Assembly (NCBI GenBank): GCA_043228905.1
Contig: JBHGNT010000005.1
Location: 4,588,001-4,652,000, forward strand
Source: Azolla caroliniana
Taxonomy: Eukaryota; Plantae; Polypodiophyta
Reading direction: 5' to 3'
DNA length: 64,000 nt
Shown here: piece by piece, positions 1 through 11,262 of the stretch
Layout: each line of letters opens with the position of its first letter
How positions within the stretch are numbered: position 1 is the first letter of the stretch
Notes under the pieces: generated by a model
The model's input: the letters and a program-made list of their open reading frames with translations, nothing else
The model's database searches: none
Told to the model about the DNA's origin: nothing
Made by a program: the position numbers and the translations under genes

Positions 1-2204
1 AACGCTCGTCAGGTCCGCATCGCTGAGTGTCTCGTTGGTGACCATACGGGCGTCATAGTCTTCACTGCGCGTAATGAGCAAGGTTCGGCTTCTTTCCTTT
101 GTTCATCCTCTCCCTTCTTCATTCTCTATTTTTTCCGTAGCGTTCCTCTATCTTCCATCCTATGTTTTTGCCGCTAAACGAGCAAAGTAATATTCCGGTT
201 CTTCTTTTTCCATTCTTTCTGATTTCGAAACTGATGTAATCCTTTCCTCTACCTTCATACGGAGAGCTTTTGTTTTATGTTTTTCTTAATTTCTATCTTT
301 CTTCTGTGGTCAGTTTTTTTAGTTCTTTTTTGGTATCTCTATCTTACTTCAGTACTGCCATCGCTTTCATCGATCGAAATGGTTAAAGTTCGTTGTTTGT
401 TCCTTTGTTTCTCTCTGTGGTTTTTTCCGTATGTTCTCTCATTATTTCTTTACCTCGTCCTGTTTTCTGTCAGTTCTTCATTACATTCTAAATTAGCGGG
501 ATTGATTCGTTATTTCGTCCTTCTTCTTGCTAATTTCCAATACTTTTCTTGATCTCTCTGCCACGCATATTCCTCACTTTTTTTTGTTTAATTGACTTCC
601 GTCTGTTCTTCAACGATCTAGGTATACAGGCGTTGCCGTCTTTCCCTCCTGAAATGACCAAGGTTCCTTTTTTTATTTTTCTTTGTTTTGAAACCATGTG
701 TTATGTTGGTATTATTCTCTTTCTGTTTCTTATGTCCGACGCAGGAGTCATCAGCTTTACCTTTAGAAATGGTATGATTTCCTTCTTTCGTGATGTGCAT
801 CTAAAATTATGAGCAAGGTCTGGCTCTCATCTTTCTCTTGCTTCCTATTTCTGTTGGCATACCACCGAGACCTAAAGAAGTGTCAGCAATGAACAAATAG
901 AATCTTTTGCTTTCTTGCAATATTTGATTTTCTTTCTTGTTTCTTCTATATGTTTAAGTGAGCTAAATGGACAGAATTGAATGGTTATTTCTGTCTTTTA
1001 TTTGTCATTGATTCCATGTGCATCTTCATATTTGTGTAAACATGGCGATATAGAAGAGCTTTGGTGATTGTTCTGTATTATTTTAATTCTATGGATTCTG
1101 TTACAATGTGCTTTGTCAAGTTTTGTCTCATTAGGCTTTTCATTTGTTCTCTGTCTGCTCTTAGACGCAGATCTGACAATGAAGAAATGAGCAAGGTTCA
1201 TGGTTGAAACAGCATTTTTTGTGTTCCTGTCATATTCATCTTTTCTTCCCATTTTTTCTCTTTACAGTACTACTTAGGTCTGTAATCAGAGAAACTGTTT
1301 GAGGCCTTTCTTCTCTTGCTTGTGTGTCACTGTATCTGGATCAGAATGTCTGGTCTCATGTGTACTTTTTACAGGGTATTATTTGTTGTGAACAGTGATA
1401 TTTATGCTTATTTCATCATTCATGTATGCTAACATACTGCAATGAGTTTCTAGGCTTTTTGACTTATTATGACGCCTTTTACCTCTCTTTATTTCTGTTA
1501 CCCTATAGAATGGTTGCTGCAAGTTGAAATAAATAATGGAAGTGTCATCTGATTTCTTCTGTTGACTGAATCACATGTTTTTGTATCCATTAAAAGTTTG
1601 TTTTGTTTGTTTTAGCTAAATTCTGGTTTATTCCCGTTGCGTCATTTCTTGGCTAAACTACTTCTGCCTTTCTGATAATGTATCTCTTTGCTTGTGTATG
1701 TTGATTCTTGATTTATTTGGTCCTGACTCATCTTTATCGCCTTTACTTTGTATCTCTTTTGATATCTTTATCACCAAACAATTTCTTTGTATTTAGAACA
1801 TTTGGCAGTGTGGACATTCCATGCAACGTCTTTCTTCATCAAGTTTACATCATGTATTTTCTTGCATGCATTTAAATAGTCTGCAATTTCTTTGTATTTG
1901 AGGTATTAATGAAACATCATTCACAACAGTCCAGACTTGAATGTTGATATCTAAATTTCTTTGTTTTTTAAGCATCTATTGAACAATAGTATGATCTTGA
2001 TTCATGACAGTTGAATTGGTCAAGGATGGAGCCACATTGATTCTGAGGAATGCAAAAATCGACATGTTTCGTGGTTCGATGCGTCTCGCTGTCGACAGGT
2101 GGGGTAGGGTCGAGGTGGGTGAACCAGCAACTTTCACTGTAAAAGAAGACAACAATCTCTCTCTTGTTGAATATGAACTTGTCAATGTTCCAGAGGAGAA
2201 TTAG
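1..2204 (+). CDS. OB-fold nucleic-acid-binding protein (At4g28440-like), 5'-truncated by window edge; exons 1..82 and 2011..2204
   Basis: Spliced translation NARQVRIAECLVGDHTGVIVFTARNEQ|VELVKDGATLILRNAKIDMFRGSMRLAVDRWGRVEVGEPATFTVKEDNNLSLVEYELVNVPEEN*; GT at 83, AG at 2009-2010, phase consistent. Confidence 0.9.
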
Positions 2205-4116
2205 CTTCTCTATAAACTTCATTGCCAAGGTTATACAACAAAGACATTGGCTTGATTCTAATCTTGGAAGAAATGGTACAGCACAAATATAGAGGTGATA
2301 TATGATGCTTTGGCAAGCATACATATATACATCTGGAGTTTCTTTTGCCCACAACTGAGAGCTACTTTGATATGTTTAGCTGAGTTTTTATAGAAGATAT
2401 TGGTAATATCCTTTGATGGTGGGTTGAAGTGTTGGTATTTGCAGACCTTCATCTGGATCTGGAAATGCAATATATGTTAAGAGTACCTATCACAGGGGCT
2501 TATTTTATAGAAGAAAGTTGCTGCAGCTTAAAAAGCCATTAGTTTGAAGGGTGTTCTGACTTTTGCATTGAACAGTTTGTTTGTCCTCAATAAGGTCTGT
2601 TTCTACTTGTCTGCAAGTCTTTTGTAACTGAATAGCAGTTGGTGTTTGAACTTCAAAATGATGTTCTCGTTTTTAATTGGAAATGGCTTTAAATCTTATT
2701 GACTGGGATTTCAGCTCTTATCAACACAATATGGATTAAAGTCACCCTTACGCACTCTACAATCTGGAGACCAGTGTTTCTTCGTGATTGTTTGTCTTTC
2801 AATTGTGTTTGTGTATTGATAAATGAATGCAGACCGTGTTTCAATCTTGAACTGTGTTTTCTCAAGACCACACAAGCCTTGATTTAGATTTAGGCTTTTC
2901 ATTGTGGTGAATGGCTCTTGTATTTTGCAGGAGGGAAGGTCTATAACTTGATAAAATGTGCACTTGTTTGATTAATCTGACAACTAAATTTTTGCAATTT
3001 TCTGAATCAACTTGGCTATCTGTGTCTTGAAAATCTATGACTTCAGTTTTTTCTTAATTTAAGAATACCGTAAGAGGATAAAGCATTCACCAAACTATGT
3101 TGGTACACTTTCTGTGTTTTTTAATACCAAACTTTGCTCATTCTGTGGCTTTTAAAATCAAGCTTGTGCGTGCAATCTGTGACAAAAAAGTGAGAATTGG
3201 TCATGTGTCTGGTTTAACTGGACAAGCTCCCTAGTTGTTTTTCAGCCTAACGGTTCCAAAGATTGTCCATCAAAGCAAAACATCTGTGTCAATGATATTG
3301 TCAACTAAGCTGTATAGATATCTCTAGCTGGCTATTTTGTGCCCTAGAGCTCCTCATCTGTGGCTGCAATGTAAGTGTGCTATTCTGGGGGGGTGCTTTG
3401 CTATATGTTGCTGATTTACCACCTTGTGTTTGTGACACAGTAAAAGATTACTAGTCATGTCTTAGCAAAAAAATTCATCATTGTACATCTCGTCCTCAAA
3501 CATCATAAATTTTCATCACTGCACATTGCATCCTCAAGGACGATCATGTCCTCTCAAATAGGTCATCAAATTCAAAACGATAGTAGTGATCATTAATGAA
3601 CGTAAGCAAAATATGTGGTGAATTTAGTTACAAGAAAAGATTAATCAAACTTTTTTGCAATTTCGCAATTCGTGTCATACTTTCCAGATGAATTTAGTTA
3701 CGAAGAAAGTTTGGTTTTCACTATTTTCCCAGATGAACATAGTATAGCCAAACCTCATCAAAGAGAGTCTCTGCTATTTCTGCAGTTGCCCATAACTCGG
3801 CCCCAGAAGTGAGTTCCTGTTAATTCCCCAATGGGCCCTTGAAAGAGTTATCTAAGTTATTTTCTCAAATACACCATATCTATAGCTCGCCAGCCAACTG
3901 AATGACCAACCCATTCACCTGCCCCCTCCGACAGAGAAAAAGAGGGATGAATTGTGACCATAAAATGGCAGCAATAGCACATATAGCTGCTCCATTTTTG
4001 GGGATGCTCATGAGCAAGTTAAGAGCATTCATGGAAATAAAGGGATACCCCAGGGTATTTAAGAAAAAAGAGAATCAACATCAAAACATGGGGGGGGTTA
4101 AGATTTAATCCATATT

Positions 4117-4440
4117 TGTATGCACCCGAGACATGCACACAGTACAACACAAGACTGAGAACAAAAAGACGACAGTATGAATTTATACATACAAAAGCAA
4201 TCCCATTATCATCATCATCTTCTTCTTCTTCTTCTTCTTCTTCTTCTTCTTCATAATCTAGTAGTTGAACCCTATAGCACAATTGTATGCACCCGAGACA
4301 TGTACACACTGCACAGTACAACACAAGACTGAGAACAACAGTATGAATTTATACATACAAAAGCAATCCCATTATCATCACCATCTTCTCCTTCTTCTCC
4401 TTCTTCTTCATAATCAAGTAGTTGAACCCTATAGCACTAT
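4117..4440. repeat. Two-copy tandem duplication (~165 bp) containing a (CTT)n/(CAT)n microsatellite
   Basis: TGTATGCACCCGAGACATG...GTAGTTGAACCCTATAGCAC occurs at ~4117-4280 and ~4284-4437. Confidence 0.85.
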
Positions 4441-5229
4441 TGCAAACCAGACAACAGCAAAGTGATGATGACAAGATCATAATTTGCAATTATAAAAGCT
4501 ATGGCATCATCATCAAGTAGTTATTAGATAAACGCTCCAGTATAATAGCAAAACCACAAAGGAGAACAAAAGGATGCTCACAAGTCATCATCCAAAACAT
4601 CAATCAGTTTCAGTAATCAACCCCCCCACATAATGCAAAGCAAAATCAACTGCTCATAGAAGATCTGACCTCAACTCCTAGCTCTCATCTAAAACATACG
4701 TCAGTCACTATACGACGGGATGACAAATGCTATTATTATTCATTTCAGTATCAACGAAAGACATGACAGATCCAGAGCCGTATTATACATCTGGTAAAAA
4801 GAAAAAACTGATACCCTCAGTTTTTTATAAGCAAATAACCTATTAATTCCCTAGTCCTTACAAATATATGGATTCCCAATACTTTTTATATATTCACGGA
4901 TCTGAAACTCTGAATAAACTCTTACCACAAAACAAAAATCTGAGATCTAAAAAATCCCAACACTTTTCAAAGATCAGAAATTACAATTTTTTTGCGACTA
5001 TTCTCAGATCTGAAACCCTACACTTCACTCACGCAAAACTCAAAAAGAAATTCAGATCAGAAACCTTCACTCTTTCAAGAAGCAAAAATACTTAAAAATT
5101 CGTTTCATCGATTTCACAAGTTCTGAAGACCTCAGATCCTTCATTTCGAAGAGAAAGGAGAGGAAAAGAAGTCTGAGGGCAATGATGAAGAAAAGCGATG
5201 CTCTCTCTTTCTCTCTCTAAAAACTATGA

Positions 5230-5505
5230 TTATGTAGTTGAGGACCGGTGTCCATAGAGCTTCCCGACCACATGGAGGATGCTAACAAAGGCGATGAAGC
5301 AGACACTCATGACGAGGACGACGGTGGGCGTGATCTTGAGGCCAGGGGCATCATCCGTGTAGAATCGCAGCATGTTACCTCCGCCGCCGCCGCCAAAGCC
5401 GCCGCCGCCGCCACTACTAGCGGAGCCACTTCCACCAAGCCTCCTCCTTCTGGCCCCGCCTGCAGCTCCGCGTGGCCCGCCCGCCCCTCCTCCCGGCGCA
5501 GACAT
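5230..5505 (-). CDS. SEC61B: Protein transport protein Sec61 subunit beta (91 aa, single coding exon)
   Basis: MSAPGGG...[40 protein letters not shown] is the Sec61-beta signature; ATG at 5505-5503 follows a (GA)n leader. Confidence 0.95.
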   Translation of the reverse strand: MSAPGGGAGGPRGAAGGARRRRLGGSGSASSGGGGGFGGGGGGNMLRFYTDDAPGLKITPTVVLVMSVCFIAFVSILHVVGKLYGHRSSTT

Positions 5506-5506
5506 C

Positions 5507-5537
<31 letters not shown>

Positions 5538-5789
5538 CTTGATAATCCAAGAACTCTTAAGATTCCACTCCCCAGAAACCTTGATCTGAGAAGAAGTGAC
5601 CGTAATTCAGCCTCTCTCTCTCTCTCTCCCTCTAGTTGCGTCTGTGTCTTCGTTCTCTGACTGCTCCTTTTGCAGAGGTAACGTGACAGATTAGAGAGAG
5701 GGTTAGATACAACAGACAAAGATGCGCAGAGAGATAACCTATGAATGAATATATCTCTCTCCGACCTTTTCCTCCCTCTATGTCCTCCT

Positions 5790-6660
5790 GTATGTATACA
5801 TATATACATATATGTATATGTATATGCATACGAATGTACGCGTGTGTATGTATTTGCCCATGTCTGTACACACGTATGTGCGTGTGTTTGTATGTATGTC
5901 CGTATGTATGTATGTGATGTATGTCATGGATGGATGGATGTATGCATGCATATGTATTGTATGTGTGTCTGTATGTATATATGTGGCATTTTGTGTTTGT
6001 ATGTGTATTTGTATTTGTGTATGTACATATTTGCCTATGTATGCCCGTATGTACGTTTGTCTTTGTTGGTGTGCGTATTTGTATGTGTGTATATAAGTGT
6101 CTTTGTGTGTGCGGGCGGCGTATAGGCCTGCGTGTATTCATATGTGTATGGACAAGTAAATATGTGTGTCTGCGTGCATTTGACTATGTATGTACGTATG
6201 TCTTTGTCGGTGTGCATACATATTTGTATGCCTGTATATAAGTGTCTTTCTGTGTGTAGCATATACGCGTGCGTTCGTAACGTTTGTACAAGTAAATGTT
6301 TGTATAGCTATGTATGTATATATATATATATATATATTTGCATGTGTAACTTCCATGCATTCGTCTATTTACCCACTTAGTTTTATGAGGATTTCTGAAA
6401 CTATTAGTGTGGCAACTACCGATTTGTATTGGTAGTAAATGTTCAGTTCTTCTCCCTAGGTGGTGACATATGTGCGTGTATGTGCGTATTTGCCTATGTA
6501 TGTTTGTATGCATATACATATGTGTGTATGCATACACATCCATATGCCTGCATCTACATTAATGTTTGTGTGTGTGTGTGTGTGTGTTTGTATGTTTGCA
6601 TATACATATGCCTGTATTTACATGTGTACCTTCTGCATATACCGTGTGGGCATTCATCTA
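5790..6660. repeat. Low-complexity alternating purine-pyrimidine (TATG/TG/TA) tract
   Basis: Degenerate (TATG)n/(TG)n/(TA)n; source of many spurious ORFs in the track. Confidence 0.9.
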
Positions 6661-7429
6661 TTTACTGACATATTTACAATTCTAGTTTTAAGAGGATTTC
6701 GTGGACCATTAACAACCCAACTACCCATTTGCATTGGAAGTAAATGTTTCAGGCCTTCTACCTAGGTGGTGACATTAAGCTAGTTCTACAAAGATTTTGT
6801 AGGATTTTGGCAATACAACAGGCTCAAACCTCGTTTTCCTGATTACTTCCTTGAATGCTATTTGATCAAAACCCCAAAAGAGAATAGGTTTTGGTGCAAA
6901 TATCAACGCAAAAAATCGCTTGCTCTCTTCCTCACTCACATATAATTTTACTTTTCAGGTGAAGGCAAATGTCTTCAAGTAAGAGGCAAGATGAGACAAT
7001 GCAGACGAACACTAAGTCTTAACCCATTCAATCTATACACATTAGAAACATTGAGGAGCCCTTGCCAACATCAAAACAACTTCCTAACTCTTTAAAACTA
7101 TTTAGCTAAAGACTGGCAACAAGACCAACTTTGTATTAATTGAAAAAACACAAAGCACTTCACTCGCAACCGAATCCAGCAATTAGTGTCATAACAACGT
7201 AACCAAACTAGTCAAACAAGTATTGCAATTAACGATCCATTATCCACATCTTTGGAAAAAGACAAGACGCATTAACAAAAGAGCCCGCAATTAGAATCAT
7301 AACAACTCAAATCTCAGTTCAAAACAAACCAAGTGGAGTGAAGAAAGATAAAAAAGGTAGAGAAAAAATTACTTCTTTTTGGTTTCGCTTAATTCAGTGA
7401 AATACTACGCAAACAGGTCTAATACTTTA

Positions 7430-9101
7430 CTAATCCTCTTCAACAACCTTGGTTCCGAGATTTCTCAATCCAGTTGAAGGAACATCGGCGATGGTGACAT
7501 AAGAGTAGAGGTCTTCTTTCGCATCTTCTTCAACATTTCGCTTCCTAGCAATCCTAACCCTCACGCGTCTTGGAACATTCCGGACACCTCGACTCCAAAG
7601 GTGTTTGTTCAGCTTCACATCAACTCGGACATCGGTCGTTCCCATGGCCTTCTGAGCAAACTTCTTGATCTCCTTCACGGCTTTCGGGGCCTTCTTCTTA
7701 AACGTGCTGTTTAAGAAGACAAACATACAATCAGAACGAAATCAGCACACTTTATCATTGAAAAAAAAGTAGACAAAACTTAATACATGTCTATAAATGT
7801 ACATATGCGTGCACATACATGCATATCTTTTGATGGTGTATCTTCTAGAAATAATAAACCTCAAAAGATTTCTTCACAATGTATACCCTTGTATTTACCT
7901 AACATAACACCTGCTTATGTAAATCGGACACGTGCTTTAAATGTGCACAGAAATGCATATACAAGCTTGTATAAATGCAAGTTTCAGGAAGTAATCTTCC
8001 TAGTGTCCTGAATTTTCCTCTACATCCTCAGTCAAGGTTGAGGGTATTTAAGTTAACCAAATAAAGTTAGTTCCGGTGATTATAACATTAAATTGTTAAC
8101 TTAAAGTACAGTAGGTTTGGTAACAAAAAAATTAGAAAAACAGACCTCCAATAGATATTGGGTTTCGCCAAATTGAGAAATTTGCAAGCTTTGTTTCAAG
8201 CTTTACTAACTCTGTCAAGAGAATCCCTCATCGACTTCCGAGGGTATATAAAATAATATATTGAAAAATAGGCAGGCATATGTGTTGCTAAGCACCTAGG
8301 AGAAGAACTGCATACATCTGTGAAATTGAGAATAAAAATCTAGGCAATAAACACTATAATTCTCGTGCACACCATATATGAAAACGAGCATTACGCAAAC
8401 AATGTAAGGAAACGAATACATAGCATTCTCGATCTCTAGAGTAAGGATCTTCAGTTGAAGATGAGGACAAAATTGGAAGAAAACGAAGAGGACGAAGCAA
8501 AAGAAGTCAGAATGAGTGCTCTCCATCGCCGTATATATAAAAATAAAAATTCAGCTTCAGTCGTGGAAAGCCACGAAAACAAGAAGATGCAAAGGAAACA
8601 TTGTATCCTTAGAACATGCCTGAGTTTGCAATAGACCTTCATGGTATAAGCGGACATAATGTCTAAATGGAAAAGGCAAGCTTTATCCAAAAGTTAAGCA
8701 AGAAATGCGATTCAGAACCTTATCATTCGTCGGCGCATCATATCTCTATGAATGGAGAACGATGAGGAGCAGAAACTCCAAGGGATTGAATACTTATCTA
8801 GAGAATAGGATACAGATACATAATGCAATGCAAAGGGATGCAACAGAACTGGGGGCATCAAGCTATCACGTAGAAAAGGGGTCCTTGATTTGGAGAAGTA
8901 GATCGGATGGAAAGCCAGGATAAAAAGTCAAGAGAACATGATAAAAAAAAATTTGAAAAAAAGAGGAACAAAGTAAGACTACTTGACAGCACCTGAGAGA
9001 GGAGAGGTTGAAACTTACCAGCTATGGAGACGTTTGTGGAGATTGATGGTATATTCGCGCGTAACGATTTCATCCTTCCGGCTCTTCCCTTTCTCAACCA
9101 T
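7430..9101 (-). CDS. RPL31: 60S ribosomal protein L31 (eL31), 119 aa; exons 9101..9019 and 7706..7430
   Basis: [28 protein letters not shown]|[55 protein letters not shown]...; GTAAG donor and CAG acceptor in phase. Confidence 0.97.
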
Positions 9102-9156
9102 AGCTGGAGCTTCCGGGGCACGAGATCACAGAAAGAAAAAGGTAGGGGTGGGAAGA

Positions 9157-9189
<33 letters not shown>

Positions 9190-9245
9190 GAGGAGGATGA
9201 GAGGGCTTCTGGGTGATGGGGGGGAGGGGGACACGCAGAGCTCCA

Positions 9246-9254
9246 AAACCCTAA
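9246..9254. promoter_or_regulatory. Telo-box (AAACCCTAA) upstream of RPL31, with TGGGCT site-II-like motifs at ~9452 and ~9577
   Basis: Exact AAACCCTAA ~145 bp upstream of the RPL31 ATG; telo-box plus site II is the established plant ribosomal-protein promoter module. Confidence 0.65.
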
Positions 9255-11262
9255 TTTCCGGTTTCACATTAGGGGGCGCCCATGGCCATGGCTATGTGTT
9301 TTGTGTTTTTTGTTTTCTAGCACGAATCGATCGGATCGATCAATTCGATCGGTGCCCTTTTGGCACTGACTTGTGCCAATTTCTGATCCGATTGATTCAC
9401 GTTGTATTGTGTGTTTAATATCCAAACCACTCGTCGTTTCGATTCACCGATTGGGCTCTCTTTTTTAACCTGACTTGCCCCATGCATGTTCTTGTGATCG
9501 TCGATCTGATCCCGATCAATTAGTGTTAACTTTTTGTGTTTAGCATCCAAACTGCTTATCATTTCAATTCACCAGTTGGGCTCGTTTTTTACTTGGCACC
9601 CCACCCCTTACCCATTCATTGATTTTCTGATACATACATTCCAAATGTCTGTTTGGTTAGGTGCCTAACTTTTTGACTTAGCATGTATAATATGTCTTTT
9701 TGAAAGCAATCGAGCATTTTTTTGTAATCTTCTATTTATATACGATCATATTGTGGTAATTTCCCCGTCCCATGATTGGTACATTCTCATTGCACAAGCT
9801 TCTTGTATGGAGAATACAAATGCAAGGTAGCATTACGCCAATGCTTCGGCCATGATAATAGAGTATATATGTTGATTGTTGAGTATTACGATAATAGTTT
9901 GGATGGCCATGTGACCTTAATGGACAATTGGCATCCATCCAAAGGTTTACATTTGATTGTGGAAGCACAAATCCCCTTTACTCGTAACATAAAGGAGCTT
10001 GACCATTTCTTGATTTTATGCTTAAATAACATGTTGCCATGTTAAAAAAACTCAGTTCAATTATTCGCCTTCGCCTTAAATCCAAAGGCAAATATATTGT
10101 GACGATCAACATATTGTTACCCTTGGTTAGTCTTCATACATACGTAATAAACAAACCATCTCTATAACTTGATGTACGATTGATGCAATCCCACACACGA
10201 AATACGTTGCCATATATTCTCCATATACAACTTGCACATCGGAAACCAAAGGGTGAGTTGCAATAAACATTTCAATATGATACATTGTGCTAGTCTATCA
10301 TATTTCCAGAACATGGATACCACACTCGTGGATGGAAGCGGGCTCTCATAGAGGTTACATAACTTATACAAGAACAAACAAATTTATCACAAAACAAGTG
10401 ATGTGAATGCATTGATTACATGGGCTAGGATCTTTGCCCTCTATTAACTACACGGCGATAATGATGGCTTATTGAGACACGATGTCTTAACTTCATATTC
10501 GCGATGGACCAAATCCACCACATGCACCATGCCGATGAACTGATCTTGGCCATTTCGAGACAGGGTTCTCACGTCCAAATAGTCACGATCAAGTGATCAC
10601 TGGGCCAAACTTTTCATGACCTGGCTTTCACTCAGTCCACTTGCATCTCTAAGGCTTTTCCGCCCGCCCATTTCTGGCTTTTTTCTCTAGAGCTCTTCAC
10701 TTTTGGGCAACAACATGCCATGCCCAAATACCTTCTCCTTCATACTCAAACAAGAGACCTTCCCGTTTGGGTAAGTGCCCCCCCAAAAACCCACACCCAT
10801 TCTTGGAGATCTTTCCTATCTGAGTAAATTCTCAGAGTCTACACGACTAATAAAACAGTAAGGAACACAGCTTGATCGTCCCAGATCTGATCTCATGATG
10901 GACTTAGCATGAACTTCAATGGTAGCTCCATTGCACCGACTCTTGGTTTCGATGTGTAGGCCATTCATTCGTTCCCACTTCCTTCTGTCATTGATCTTCG
11001 CAAAAGTGAGGGAAATTCTCTGAGATAAGAGGAAGAAGCTGAATATATTATAGGGTCTACCTCACAAACTTGCATTTTGTTCCTAATTCATTGATCTTGG
11101 CAAAGAGAGGGGAATTCTCAGAGATAGAGGAAGAAGCTGAATACATCATAGGGTCTTCCGCAAAAAGTTGCATTGTGTTTTTCAATTTCTCTCTATCCCT
11201 ATATTGAAGTGTATATACTCTGACCATAGAGGGCATAGAGGTTTTGAAGCTGCTATTTGGAG

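Noticed and set aside
5506-5550. N-terminal extension of Sec61-beta ([15 protein letters not shown]) in the ORF track
   Set aside because: Starts at a non-ATG codon and translates a (GA)n 5'-UTR microsatellite
5632-6765. Many overlapping 70-170 aa ORFs (His/Thr/Ile- or Val/Cys/Tyr-rich)
   Set aside because: Artefacts of stop-poor TATG/TG low-complexity sequence
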